A DNA stretch of 37,503 nt from an uncultured Clostridium sp. (GCA_964531445.1 CAZHCX010000001.1:1-37503); one strand, 5' to 3'; shown: positions 1 to 10,286, numbered from the stretch's first letter. Program-made: numbers and translations. Notes: generated from the letters alone by a model not told the origin.

Positions 1-84
1 TTTAGAAACAAAAGTTGGAAGTTTAGAAACAAAAGTTGGAAGTTTAGAAACAAAAGTTGGAAGTTTAGAAACAAAATTTGACAA
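1..84 (+). repeat. 21-bp tandem repeat: tttagaaacaaaagttggaag in 3 perfect copies plus a diverged 4th unit. It is in frame within the partial CDS and may continue upstream of the window.
   Basis: Units at 1-21, 22-42 and 43-63 are identical, and 64-84 has diverged. Translated in the frame of the downstream ORF they give LETKVGS heptads. Confidence 0.9.
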
Positions 85-313
85 CATGGAAACAAAACTT
101 AGTAATTTAGAAGAATCTCACAATAAATTAAGTCAAGCAGTTGCAAGAATCGAAGTAGAACATGGACAAAAATTAGAAATATTACTTGATGTTGTAACTG
201 GTCATACAAAAAAATTTGAAGAAATTGAAAACAAATTAGATATTGTCAATAAAAAAGTTGACAAACATTCAGATCAAATATATTATTTAAATTCAAAAGT
301 TCATGCGTTTTAA
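2..313 (+). CDS. 3' part of a heptad-repeat coiled-coil protein of unknown function. The 5' end lies outside the window.
   Basis: The frame of the 86-313 ORF stays open back to position 2 (LETKVGS x3, LETKFDN, METKLSN...). The heptad periodicity is charged and hydrophobic. A hairpin terminator follows. Confidence 0.6.
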   Translation, partial: LETKVGSLETKVGSLETKVGSLETKFDNMETKLSNLEESHNKLSQAVARIEVEHGQKLEILLDVVTGHTKKFEEIENKLDIVNKKVDKHSDQIYYLNSKVHAF

Positions 314-323
314 AATTTAAAAA

Positions 324-358
324 TAGAACCTATTGAGTTTAAAGTTCAATAGGTTCTA
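324..358. terminator. Bidirectional hairpin terminator between the convergent coiled-coil ORF and leuS
   Basis: tagaacctattga (324-336) pairs with tcaataggttcta (346-358), with A/T runs on both sides. Confidence 0.7.
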
Positions 359-365
359 AAAATTA

Positions 366-2774
366 TTATTTAACAACAATATTATAAATTCTATTTTTTA
401 CATAAATTTCTTTAACAATATTTTTTCCATCTAATTTAGAATCGATAGCTTCATGTACTTTTTCTTTAACAGAAGACTCATCTTCGTTAATAGAAATTGT
501 AACAGTAGCTTTTAATTTTCCATTAAATTGAATTGGTAAAGTAATTTCGTCATCAACAGTTTTTGACTCATCATATTCTGGCCAAGAGTATGTAGAAATA
601 TCATCTTCGAAGCCAGCTAACTTATTAAGTTCTTCTGTCATATGAGGCGCAAAAGGATTTAATAAAGTTAAAAATGTTTTAAATTCAGCTTTATTTATTT
701 TCTTTAATTTATAAAATTCATTAACCATTGTCATAAATGTTGAAACTGAAGTATTAAATTTCATTTCTTCAATATCTTGAGAAACTTTTTTGATAGCTTT
801 ATGCATCATTTTTTCTGTTTCTTTAGAATATGTATTACCATCAACTAACATATCTTGCATGTTCCAAACTCTATCTAAGAATTTACCACATCCACGGATA
901 CTTTCCATAGACCATGCAGCTACTTGATCAAATGGCCCCATAAACATTTCATAAACTCTAAATGTATCTGCACCAAATTCTTCAACTATATCATCTGGAT
1001 TTATAACATTTCCTTTAGATTTAGACATTTTTTCACCATTTGTACCTAAAATCATACCATGTGAAGTACGTTTTTGATATGGTTCTTTTGTAGGAACAAC
1101 GCCAATATCATGTAAGAATTTATGCCAAAATCTTGAATATAATAAGTGAAGTGTTGTATGTTCCATACCACCATTATACCAATCAACTGGTGACCAATAT
1201 TCTAATGCTTCTTTTGAAGCTAATTCTTTATCATTGTGTGGATCCATATATCTTAAGAAATACCAAGATGATCCAGCCCATTGAGGCATTGTATCTGTTT
1301 CTCTTTTGGCAGGTCTACCGCAATGTGGACATGTTGTGTTAATCCATTCAGTTTGCTTAGCAAGTGGTGATTCTCCATTTTCACCAGGAGTAAATTCTTC
1401 AACTTCTGGAAGTCTTAAAGGTAAATCTTCTTCATTAACTGGAACCCATCCACAGTCATCACAATATACCATTGGAATTGGCTCACCCCAATATCTTTGG
1501 CGAGAGAACACCCAGTCACGAAGTTTGTAATTTACTTTTTTAGTTCCAATTTTATTTTCTTCTAAATATTCAATAACTTTTTTCTTAGCATCTTTAACTT
1601 CTAATCCAGTTAAGAAACCAGAGTTAACCATTTTACCAGTTGCAACATCTGTAAACGCTTGGTTTTCCAAATCAACATTTTCACCATCAACAACTTGAAT
1701 AATTGGTAAATCGAATTTTTTAGCAAATTCATAGTCACGTGTATCATGAGCAGGAACAGCCATAATAGCACCTGTACCATAAGTAATTAAAACATAATCT
1801 GAAATCCAAATTGGAATTTCTGTATTAGTTAAAGGATTAACAGCTTTTAAACCTTTAATTTCAACACCTGTTTTATCTTTGTTTAATTCAGAACGTTCAA
1901 ATGCTGATTTTAAACTTGCCTGATGTTGATATTCTTTAACTTCATCTAAGTTTTCAATTTTATTTTCTAATTCTTTTAAAATAGGATGTTCTGGAGAAAT
2001 AACCATGTATGTAGCGCCAAATAATGTATCCGGTCTTGTTGTATAAACAGTTAAATCTTTATCCATTCCAGAAATTTTAAAGTTAACTTCTGCACCTTCA
2101 GAACGTCCAATCCAATTTTTTTGTTGAGTCTTAATTTTTTCTAAGAAATCAACATCATCTAAATCGTCAATTAATTGTTGTGCATAATCAGTAATTTTAA
2201 GCATCCATTCTGATTTTTCTTTTTGAACAACTGGACTTCCACATCTTTCACAAACACCATTAACAACTTCTTCGTTTGCTAAACCAACTTTACAACCTGT
2301 ACAGAAGTTTATTGGCATTGTTGCTTTATAAGCTAAACCATGTTTATATAATTGAATAAAAATCCATTGTGTCCATTTATAATAGTTAGGATCTGTTGTA
2401 TCAACAGTTCTTGACCAATCAAAAGAAAAACCTAAAGCTTTTAATTGTTCTGTAAAGTGAGCAATGTTTTGTGCTGTTGTAATTTTTGGATGCACATTTG
2501 TTTTGATTGCATAATTTTCTGCAGGTAAACCAAAAGCATCAAATCCAATTGGAAATAAAACATTGTAACCTTGTAATCTTCTTTTTCTTGCAATAATATC
2601 TAATGCTGTATAACTACGTGGATGTCCAACATGAAGACCTTGTCCTGATGGATATGGGAATTCAATTAGGCCAAACCATTTTTTCATTGTATAATCATTT
2701 TTGGCATTAAATGTTCCTTCTTTATACCATTTATCTTGCCATTTTTTTTCTACTTCTTTAAAATTGTATGACAT
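366..2774 (-). CDS. leuS: Leucine--tRNA ligase
   Basis: Class I signatures are present: [12 protein letters not shown] (HIGH), KMSKSKGN (KMSKS) and the CP1 editing-domain region. I prefer the ATG at 2774 ([12 protein letters not shown]), which is preceded by AAGAGG. The 6-codon upstream extension in the ORF track is not needed. Confidence 0.97.
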   Translation of the reverse strand: MSYNFKEVEKKWQDKWYKEGTFNAKNDYTMKKWFGLIEFPYPSGQGLHVGHPRSYTALDIIARKRRLQGYNVLFPIGFDAFGLPAENYAIKTNVHPKITTAQNIAHFTEQLKALGFSFDWSRTVDTTDPNYYKWTQWIFIQLYKHGLAYKATMPINFCTGCKVGLANEEVVNGVCERCGSPVVQKEKSEWMLKITDYAQQLIDDLDDVDFLEKIKTQQKNWIGRSEGAEVNFKISGMDKDLTVYTTRPDTLFGATYMVISPEHPILKELENKIENLDEVKEYQHQASLKSAFERSELNKDKTGVEIKGLKAVNPLTNTEIPIWISDYVLITYGTGAIMAVPAHDTRDYEFAKKFDLPIIQVVDGENVDLENQAFTDVATGKMVNSGFLTGLEVKDAKKKVIEYLEENKIGTKKVNYKLRDWVFSRQRYWGEPIPMVYCDDCGWVPVNEEDLPLRLPEVEEFTPGENGESPLAKQTEWINTTCPHCGRPAKRETDTMPQWAGSSWYFLRYMDPHNDKELASKEALEYWSPVDWYNGGMEHTTLHLLYSRFWHKFLHDIGVVPTKEPYQKRTSHGMILGTNGEKMSKSKGNVINPDDIVEEFGADTFRVYEMFMGPFDQVAAWSMESIRGCGKFLDRVWNMQDMLVDGNTYSKETEKMMHKAIKKVSQDIEEMKFNTSVSTFMTMVNEFYKLKKINKAEFKTFLTLLNPFAPHMTEELNKLAGFEDDISTYSWPEYDESKTVDDEITLPIQFNGKLKATVTISINEDESSVKEKVHEAIDSKLDGKNIVKEIYVKNRIYNIVVK

Positions 2775-2953
2775 ATAATTACCTCTTTTCAAAATAAAAT
2801 GATATCGATATTATATAACAAATCTGTTGATACATCAAGGGTTTTAAAGAAAATAAAATTAATACTTTAAAAAAGTAAAGTATTGTGATAGAATAACAAA
2901 AGTAATACATATGACAAATATAAAAATTAAAATAAATATAAAAGGATGATAAA

Positions 2954-4915
2954 ATGGGCAAAAAATTATTAATAACAGAAAAACCATCTGTTGCAATGGA
3001 ATTTGTAAAAGCTCTAAAAATAAATACAAATCGTAAGAATGGATATCTTGAATCTGACAATTGGATTATTACTTGGTGCGTAGGACATTTAGTAACAATG
3101 AGCTATCCAGAAAAATATGATGAAAAACTTAAATTTTGGAGGCTTGATACATTACCATTTATACCAAAAGAATGGAAATATGAAATAATTCCAAATGTTC
3201 AAAATCAATTTAATGTAGTTCAAAGTTTAATGCAAAGAGAAGATATAGAAGAAATCTACAATGCAGGTGACTCTGGACGTGAAGGAGAATATATACAAAG
3301 ACTTGTAATGATGATGGCAAAACCAAATCCAAAAGCAAAAATAAAAAGAGTTTGGATTGATTCACAGACTGAAGAAGAAATATTAAGAGGAATAAAAGAA
3401 GCAAAAGATCAATCAGAATATGATAGTTTATCAGACAGCGCATATTTAAGGGCAAAAGAAGATTATCTAATAGGCATAAATTTTTCTAGGCTACTTTCAA
3501 TAACACATGGAAGAAGTTTGGCAAATAAAATAAATGAAGAAAAAGCATCAATTTCTGTAGGACGAGTTATGACATGTGTTTTAGGAATGATTGTTTCCAG
3601 AGAAAGAGAAATTAGAAATTTTATAAAGACAAAATATTATAAAATTGTAGGAGAATTTGGTGATGAAAGTTCATCATTTAAAGCAGAATGGAAAGTTAAT
3701 GAAAAATCAAAGGTATTTGAATCACCACTGTTATACAATGAAACAGGATTAAAAAATGAACAAAAAGCAAAAGATTTTATAATATCACTACAAGGAAAAG
3801 ATGCAGTAATAACAGAATTAAAAAAATCAAAACAGAAAGAAAATGCACCACTTTTATTTAACTTAGCAGAAGTACAAAATGAATGTACAAAAAGATTTAA
3901 GATAAAACCAGATGAAACGCTAGATGTAATTCAAAATTTATATGAAAAAAAATTGGTTACATATCCAAGAACAGACGCAAGAGTACTATCAACAGCAGTT
4001 GCTAAAGAAATATCTAAAAATTTAAATGGTCTTGCAAAAGGATACAAGGATGAAGAAGTTCAAGGTTATATAAAAAAGATGGTAGAAGAAAAATATCCAA
4101 CTAATAATTTGGCAAAAACAAAATACGTAAATGATAGCAAAATAACAGACCACTACGCAATTATTCCTACAGGACAGGGATTTGAAAATTATGATAAACT
4201 ACCAGATTTGCATAAACAAATTTATAAGTTAATTGTAAAAAGATTTTTAGCAATATTTTATCCACCAGCAGAATACAGCAGGGTTCAAGTTACAGTTACA
4301 GTAGAAAACGAAAATTTTTATGCAAGTGGAAAAGTATGTGTAAATCAAGGATATTTAGAAATTGCAAAATCAAAACAAAAAGATGTAAAAAAACAAGAAG
4401 AACAATCCACAGAAAGTACTCAAGATGTGGAAAAATCAGAAGAAAATAGCTTAGAAATATTAAAAAATCTAAAAAAAGGTCAAAAAATACTTGTAAAAAA
4501 TTACGAAACAAAAGAAGCCGAAACATCACCGCCAACCAGATATAATTCAGGTTCTATAATCCTAGCAATGGAAAATGCAGGAAAGCTAATTGAAGACGAA
4601 GAGTTAAGAGAGCAAATAAAAGGAGTTGGTATAGGGACGAGCGCTACAAGAGGTGGAATAATAGAAAAATTAGAAAAAATAAAATATATCGAAATAAATA
4701 AAAAAACACAAATTATTACACCTACAAATAAAGGAGAAATAATTTACGACATTGTTGGTTCAAGTATGCCAGATATGCTTAATCCAAAACTAACAGCAAG
4801 TTGGGAAAAAGGATTAGATATGGTAGCTAAAAAAGAAATTGAACCAAATGTATTTATGGGCAAATTAGAAAATTATATTAATTCAAAGTTTAGTAAATTA
4901 ATTGTAAAATGGTAA
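2954..4915 (+). CDS. topB: DNA topoisomerase III (type IA)
   Basis: Toprim N-terminus LLITEKPSVA, then WCVGHLV and GDSGREGEYI, and the active-site tyrosine context LVTYPRTDARVLS. RBS AAAGGA lies 7 nt upstream. Confidence 0.92.
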   Translation: MGKKLLITEKPSVAMEFVKALKINTNRKNGYLESDNWIITWCVGHLVTMSYPEKYDEKLKFWRLDTLPFIPKEWKYEIIPNVQNQFNVVQSLMQREDIEEIYNAGDSGREGEYIQRLVMMMAKPNPKAKIKRVWIDSQTEEEILRGIKEAKDQSEYDSLSDSAYLRAKEDYLIGINFSRLLSITHGRSLANKINEEKASISVGRVMTCVLGMIVSREREIRNFIKTKYYKIVGEFGDESSSFKAEWKVNEKSKVFESPLLYNETGLKNEQKAKDFIISLQGKDAVITELKKSKQKENAPLLFNLAEVQNECTKRFKIKPDETLDVIQNLYEKKLVTYPRTDARVLSTAVAKEISKNLNGLAKGYKDEEVQGYIKKMVEEKYPTNNLAKTKYVNDSKITDHYAIIPTGQGFENYDKLPDLHKQIYKLIVKRFLAIFYPPAEYSRVQVTVTVENENFYASGKVCVNQGYLEIAKSKQKDVKKQEEQSTESTQDVEKSEENSLEILKNLKKGQKILVKNYETKEAETSPPTRYNSGSIILAMENAGKLIEDEELREQIKGVGIGTSATRGGIIEKLEKIKYIEINKKTQIITPTNKGEIIYDIVGSSMPDMLNPKLTASWEKGLDMVAKKEIEPNVFMGKLENYINSKFSKLIVKW

Positions 4916-4916
4916 A

Positions 4917-4951
4917 GAAAAAAGTTTGAGCAAAAATTACTCAAACTTTTT
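4917..4951. terminator. Bidirectional hairpin terminator, shared by topB (+) and the small minus-strand unit
   Basis: aaaagtttgag (4920-4930) pairs with ctcaaactttt (4940-4950). There is an A-run before it and a T-run after it, so it has a U-tail on either strand. Confidence 0.75.
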
Positions 4952-4970
4952 AATCATTGATTAAATCTTT

Positions 4971-5165
4971 TTACTTTTTAAAATGACAACGTACTTTTCC
5001 ATTTGCTTCATCAACACAATCATTTGGTATTAGTCCAAAAGTTTTAAATGCAGCCTTTTGGCGTTCTTGACTTGATTTTACAAATAGACGTCCTTTGCAT
5101 TCTTAACAATGTACACTACTAGGTGTCTTTAAATTTTTTACTATTACCTTTGGAGATTCAATCAT
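4971..5165 (-). pseudogene. Small Cys-rich ORF (20 + 43 codons) interrupted by an in-frame TAA at 5103-5105 inside a CxxC motif
   Basis: Hand translation of the minus strand gives MIESPKVIVKNLKTPSSVHC*ECKGRLFVKSSQERQKAAFKTFGLIPNDCVDEANGKVRCHFKK*. RBS AAAGGA lies 6 nt before the ATG at 5165. The unit has its own consensus promoter and terminator. Confidence 0.45.
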
Positions 5166-5227
5166 TAATGATCCTTTCTACCTCTATATGTAGAGGCTTT
5201 TTGTACTAAACAACGAGTTACCGAACT

Positions 5228-5256
5228 ATTATAATACAAATTTACATAAAAGTCAA
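5228..5256 (-). promoter_or_regulatory. Consensus sigma-A-type promoter reading leftward into the small Cys-rich ORF
   Basis: On the minus strand: TTGACT (5256-5251), a 17-nt spacer, then TATAAT (5233-5228). Confidence 0.6.
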
Positions 5257-5350
5257 AGAAAAATAACAAAGATTAAAAAAAGTATTTAAAAATTGCTAAA
5301 AAAGGTGTATAATAATAACAATTCATAATTTGAAATTAGGAGAATATAGA

Positions 5351-8300
5351 ATGAATACAATAATAGGAGAACTTGGAAAGTCTCAGAAATTTATAGATTT
5401 AAGTCAAGAAATAGAAAAAACAAAAAGTCCGATATCAATATCGGGCTTAACTAACGTTGCAATGACGGAAATTATATCAGCAATAAATGGATATAATAAA
5501 AAAACAATATTAGTTGTGACATATAACGAAATACAAGCAAAAAAAATGGTAGACAATTTAAAAGTGTTTGGACAAGACAAAGTAGTATTTTTCCCAAAAA
5601 AAGAAATTGTAACTTATGATTACGTAGCCGAAAGCAAAGATTTACCGCATGAAAGAATAGAAGCATTAAACAAAATAAAAGACAAAAGAAATCTAATTGT
5701 AGTAACAACAGTAGAAGCATTAATGCAAAAAATACCATCAAAAGAACAGCTTTACAAAAATGAGTTAGAATTTAAAGTAGGTTCAATTTGTAAGCTAGAA
5801 GATGTAAAAAGAAAATTGGTAAACTTAGGATATTCTAGATATGATTTAATTGAAGGAAGAGGTCAATTTAGTGTAAGAGGTGGAATAATAGATATTGCAA
5901 TTGATGATAAAATAGGAGTAAGAATCGAACTTTGGGGAGATGAAATTGACTCAATAAGAAACTTTAGCATAAATAGTCAAAGATCAATAAATACACTAGA
6001 CAAAGTAAAAATATATCCAGCACATGAATATATACTTGAAGATACAATAGAGAATATCTGTAAAAAAATAGAAAAAACAATAGCAAATGAAAAACAAGAA
6101 GAAATAATAGAAAAAGATATAGAGCAAATAAAAGCAGGAAACTACTTAAGTAAAATTGACAAATACTTTGATGAATTTTATACAGAATCAGCAACATTGA
6201 TAGAATATTTAAGTAAAGAAAGTTTAATAGTATTAGATGAAATCAATAAAATAGAACAAAGAGAAATAAATATTTTACAGGATGTAGGAAATTTAACAAA
6301 AAATTTAATAGAAAAAGAAAAAATAGTACCAGAGGCATTGAGAAATATTTCATCAGCAGAACTTGATGGTTTAGAAGATAAATATCAATTAATATATCTA
6401 GAAAAACAAGATACAGTAACAAGAAAACAAGCAAATAGATATAAATTTGAATATAGAGAAATAAATTATTATAAAAGTGAAATTGAAAATTTATTTGAAG
6501 ATTTAAGAAAATGGAGTAAAGAGAAAAAAAGCGTCTACATAGTTGTTGAATCCAAAGAAAAAGCAAAAAAACTAAAAGAAATATTAGAAAAAGAAAATAT
6601 TTTATGCAAAATTGAAGAAAAATTAGACAAAACAATTATAGTGAAATCAACTGAAAGTGTTGCAACAATAACAGTTGGAAAATTATCAGAAGGATTTGAA
6701 AATTTTGAAATAAATCAAATTGTTGTAACTGCAGATGAATTAGTAGATGGTGGAAAAAAGAAGAAAACATTTGCAAATCAAGCATATAGAGAGGGAGAAA
6801 AAGTAGTATTTGCAGATTTAAAAATAGGAGATTATGTAGTACATAAAAATTATGGAATAGGAATATTTGTAGGAGTAAATACTATAACGGCAGATGGAAC
6901 AACAAAAGATTACCTAAAATTAAAATATAAAGATGATGCAATTCTTTATATACCAACAAATCAATTAGACACAATCAGAAAATACACAGGTGGAGACGCA
7001 ATAAATCCTCCAATAAACAAATTAGGAAGTAAAGATTGGATAAAAACAAAAGAAAAAGTTAAAAATAACTTAAGAGCAGTAGCAAAAGAACTAATTGAAT
7101 TATATGCAAAAAGAGAAAAAATGAGAGGATATGCTTGTGGACCAGATACACCATGGCAACAACAATTTGAAGAAAGATTTCCATATCAAGAGACTGATGA
7201 TCAATTAAGATGTATAGAAGAAGTAAAAAAAGATATGGAAAATCAACGACCAATGGACAGACTACTTTGTGGAGATGTTGGATATGGAAAAACAGAAGTC
7301 GCAATAAGGGCAGCATTTAAAGCTGTAATGGACCACAAACAAGTTGCATATTTAGTACCCACAACAGTATTAGCACAACAACAATACGAAGAATTTAAAG
7401 AAAGAATGAAGGATTTTCCAATAAATGTTGATATTTTAAATAGATTTAAAAGTGCAAAATATCAAAAAGAAGTAACAAAAAAATTAAAATTAGGTGAAGT
7501 AGACATTGTAATTGGTACTCATAGATTATTAGGAAAAGATGTAGAATTTAAAGATTTAGGATTATTAATTATTGATGAAGAGCAAAGATTTGGTGTTAAA
7601 GCAAAAGAAAAATTAAAACAATATAAAACAAATATTGATGTATTAACAATGACGGCGACACCAATTCCGAGAACAATGCACATGTCAATAGTTGGAATAA
7701 GAGATATGTCTGTAATATATGAACCGCCACATAACAGGAAACCAGTTCAAACTTATGTATTAGAATATGATGAAGAAGTAATAAAAGAAGCAATAACAAA
7801 AGAACTAGAAAGAGGAGGCCAAGTATTCTATATTCATAATAGAGTAGATACAATACAAAAAAAGGCAGATGAAATATCGAGGTTAGTTCCAGAATCAATA
7901 GTAAGTTACGCACATGGACAAATGACAGGAACACAAATTGAAGATATAATGAAAGACTTTATAGAGAAAAAGTCAAATGTATTAGTATGTACAACAATCC
8001 TAGAATCAGGAATTGATATTCCAAATGCTAATACCATAATTGTAGAAAATGCAGACAGAATAGGTCTTGCGGCACTTTATCAAATAAGGGGAAGAGTTGG
8101 AAGATCAGACAAACAAGCTTATGCATATATAACATATAGAAAAGATAAGATGCTTACAGAAGAAGGAGATAAAAGACTAAAAGCAATAAAAGAATTCACA
8201 GAATTTGGTTCAGGATTCAAAATTGCAATGAGAGACTTAGAAATAAGAGGAGCAGGAAGTCTACTAGGTGAAATACAATCAGGACATCTAGAACAAGTTG

Positions 8301-8806
8301 GATATGACACATATTGTTCACTATTAGATGAGGTAGTAAAAGAAATGCAAGGAGTACAAGTCGAGCCAGAATTAGATATTCAAATTGATTTGAATGTAAC
8401 AAGTTATATACCAGATGAATATATTCCAGACTCAGCACAAAAAATAGAAATATATCAAAATATTGCATTATGCAAAAATGAAGAAGATATACAAAATGTT
8501 GTAGATGAAATAATAGACAGGTTTGGAAATATGCCATCAGAATTAGAAAATCTACTTGACGTTGCAAGAATAAAATATTTAGCAAAAACACTATATATAA
8601 GTAAAATAGCAAGTAGAAAAACAGCAGTAGTATTTACATTTGAACAAAGCAAATATGAAGTTGATTTACAAAAATTATTAAAAATTTATAAAAATAGAAT
8701 TAAATTTTCACCTGGAATAAAAACAATGATCACATTAGATATAGGAACAACAAATGAAAGACAAATTTTAAATGATGTAACAGAGTTTTTAAAGAATTGC
8801 CAATAA
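5351..8806 (+). CDS. mfd: Transcription-repair coupling factor
   Basis: UvrB-homology N-terminal region, CarD/RID-like segment (GDYVVHKNYGIGIF), and SF2 helicase motifs (GDVGYGKTEVA, DEEQRFG, TATPIPRT, QIRGRVGR). The ATG at 5351 follows AGGAG by 8 nt. The TTG at 5330 in the ORF track is less likely. Confidence 0.97.
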   Translation: MNTIIGELGKSQKFIDLSQEIEKTKSPISISGLTNVAMTEIISAINGYNKKTILVVTYNEIQAKKMVDNLKVFGQDKVVFFPKKEIVTYDYVAESKDLPHERIEALNKIKDKRNLIVVTTVEALMQKIPSKEQLYKNELEFKVGSICKLEDVKRKLVNLGYSRYDLIEGRGQFSVRGGIIDIAIDDKIGVRIELWGDEIDSIRNFSINSQRSINTLDKVKIYPAHEYILEDTIENICKKIEKTIANEKQEEIIEKDIEQIKAGNYLSKIDKYFDEFYTESATLIEYLSKESLIVLDEINKIEQREINILQDVGNLTKNLIEKEKIVPEALRNISSAELDGLEDKYQLIYLEKQDTVTRKQANRYKFEYREINYYKSEIENLFEDLRKWSKEKKSVYIVVESKEKAKKLKEILEKENILCKIEEKLDKTIIVKSTESVATITVGKLSEGFENFEINQIVVTADELVDGGKKKKTFANQAYREGEKVVFADLKIGDYVVHKNYGIGIFVGVNTITADGTTKDYLKLKYKDDAILYIPTNQLDTIRKYTGGDAINPPINKLGSKDWIKTKEKVKNNLRAVAKELIELYAKREKMRGYACGPDTPWQQQFEERFPYQETDDQLRCIEEVKKDMENQRPMDRLLCGDVGYGKTEVAIRAAFKAVMDHKQVAYLVPTTVLAQQQYEEFKERMKDFPINVDILNRFKSAKYQKEVTKKLKLGEVDIVIGTHRLLGKDVEFKDLGLLIIDEEQRFGVKAKEKLKQYKTNIDVLTMTATPIPRTMHMSIVGIRDMSVIYEPPHNRKPVQTYVLEYDEEVIKEAITKELERGGQVFYIHNRVDTIQKKADEISRLVPESIVSYAHGQMTGTQIEDIMKDFIEKKSNVLVCTTILESGIDIPNANTIIVENADRIGLAALYQIRGRVGRSDKQAYAYITYRKDKMLTEEGDKRLKAIKEFTEFGSGFKIAMRDLEIRGAGSLLGEIQSGHLEQVGYDTYCSLLDEVVKEMQGVQVEPELDIQIDLNVTSYIPDEYIPDSAQKIEIYQNIALCKNEEDIQNVVDEIIDRFGNMPSELENLLDVARIKYLAKTLYISKIASRKTAVVFTFEQSKYEVDLQKLLKIYKNRIKFSPGIKTMITLDIGTTNERQILNDVTEFLKNCQ

Positions 8807-8824
8807 TTTAAAAGGAGAAGAACT

Positions 8825-9616
8825 ATGCAAATAATTTCAAGTAAAGATAATGAATTTATTAAACATATAAAAAAATTAAAAGAAAAGAAATACAGAGATT
8901 TGAATAAAGAATACGTAGTTGAAGGGGTAAAACTAATAAAAGAAGCTATTGAAGAAAAAGCAGAAATAAAACAAATTGTAATATGCGACAATTGTCAAAA
9001 ATCAGATATAATTCCAAAAGCCATAATGTATGAAATTGCCAAATTTGAATGCATTTATGTAACGGAAAACATATTTAAATTAATATCTGATGTTAACACA
9101 CCACAAGGAATACTAGCAGTAATAGGAAGAAATTCAACAGAAGCGGAGATAGATTATAATCAAGATTTAATAGTAGCTTTAGACGATATTCAAGACCCTG
9201 GAAATTTAGGAACAATTTTAAGAACAGTAGATAGTATAGGATTAACCCAAATATTAGTGTCAAAAGGAACAGCTGACAGCTATAATCCAAAGGTTGTACG
9301 TTCAACAATGGGAGCAATATTTAGAGTTAAAGTTATTGAATGCGAAGATTTAGCTAAAACATTAGAAGAAGTGAGAAGACACAAATTTGAACTAGTAATA
9401 ACATCATTACAAACTGAAAACAGCGTATATGACGTTAACTACAACAAAAAAGTAATAGTTATTGGTAATGAAGCAAACGGAGTTGAAAAAGAAATTCAAG
9501 AAAAAGCTGACATAAAAATAAAAATCCCAATGCTAGGAAAAACAGAAAGCTTAAATGCATCAGTAGCAACGGGAATAGTTTTATATGAATATGTAAGACA
9601 AAAAATAAGTAAATAA
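8825..9616 (+). CDS. SpoU/TrmH-family RNA 2'-O-methyltransferase (RlmB/TrmH-like)
   Basis: SPOUT motifs DPGNLGTILRTVDSIG, NPKVVRSTMGAIF, VIGNEANGV and ESLNASVATGIVLYE. RBS AAAGGAG. Confidence 0.85.
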   Translation: MQIISSKDNEFIKHIKKLKEKKYRDLNKEYVVEGVKLIKEAIEEKAEIKQIVICDNCQKSDIIPKAIMYEIAKFECIYVTENIFKLISDVNTPQGILAVIGRNSTEAEIDYNQDLIVALDDIQDPGNLGTILRTVDSIGLTQILVSKGTADSYNPKVVRSTMGAIFRVKVIECEDLAKTLEEVRRHKFELVITSLQTENSVYDVNYNKKVIVIGNEANGVEKEIQEKADIKIKIPMLGKTESLNASVATGIVLYEYVRQKISK

Positions 9617-9618
9617 AC

Positions 9619-9688
9619 GCGACAATGGTCCCAGACTTTTTGTCACAAACATAAAAAAGTTTGACAAAAAAACTGGGACAGTTGTCGC
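9619..9688. repeat. Long, nearly continuous hairpin (about 30 bp of stem) with unusually GC-rich outer arms, between two methyltransferase genes
   Basis: gcgacaatggtcccag (9619-9634) pairs with ctgggacagttgtcgc (9673-9688) with 2 mismatches. The inner stem is tttttgtcacaaac / gtttgacaaaaa. No U-tail follows on the + strand. Confidence 0.6.
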
Positions 9689-9703
9689 AAAAGGAGAAGT
9701 AAA

Positions 9704-10207
9704 ATGAAATTAAATATAGTAATGGTAGAACCAGAAATACCACAGAATACAGGAAATATTGCAAGAACATGTGCTATAACAGGAGCAAAATTACATTTAG
9801 TTCATCCATTAGGATTTAAAATAGATGATAAAACTTTAAAAAGAGCTGGATTGGATTATTGGGATAAACTTGATATTGAAGAACATGACTCTTTGGAAAA
9901 GTTTTTAGAAAAATATAAACCAGAAGAAAAAAACATGTTTTTTGCAACTACAAAAGGAAAAACAAAATATACAGATCCAGATTATTCAAATATGGAGGAA
10001 GTCTTTGTATTATACGGAAAGGAAACAAAAGGGTTACCAGAGGATTTGTTAGAAAAATATTTAGATAAGAAAACAATAAGAATTCCTATGCTTCCAACAT
10101 TAAGATCTTTAAATTTATCAAACTCTGTTGCAATTATAACTTACGAGATATTAAGGCAACATAATTTTGAAGATTTACAAGAAATTAGTACATATTTTGA
10201 TGAGTAA
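9704..10207 (+). CDS. trmL: tRNA (cytidine/uridine-34 2'-O)-methyltransferase, TrmL/YibK-type SPOUT
   Basis: The N-terminus IVMVEPEIPQNTGNIARTCA, then GKETKGLP and RSLNLSNSVAIITYE, plus the ~165-aa size, are typical of TrmL. Confidence 0.88.
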   Translation: MKLNIVMVEPEIPQNTGNIARTCAITGAKLHLVHPLGFKIDDKTLKRAGLDYWDKLDIEEHDSLEKFLEKYKPEEKNMFFATTKGKTKYTDPDYSNMEEVFVLYGKETKGLPEDLLEKYLDKKTIRIPMLPTLRSLNLSNSVAIITYEILRQHNFEDLQEISTYFDE

Positions 10208-10286
10208 AACACGTGAATTTATCAACAAAAAACGACAAAATAAAACAATATATTACGAGCTTCTACAAAATTCTGTTAACACTTTG

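Noticed and set aside
1-84. CRISPR-like or regulatory direct repeats
   Set aside because: The units are contiguous without spacers and lie in frame with a coding region, so this is a coding tandem repeat.
2775-2953. Possible T-box leader upstream of leuS
   Set aside because: Only about 180 bp separate leuS from divergent topB. The region is almost pure A/T, and I found neither a T-box consensus-like GC-containing segment nor a terminator/antiterminator pair.
5103-5105. Selenocysteine or recoding at the in-frame stop of the small Cys-rich ORF
   Set aside because: The codon is TAA, not TGA. No SECIS-like hairpin follows immediately, and TAA terminates neighbouring genes normally.
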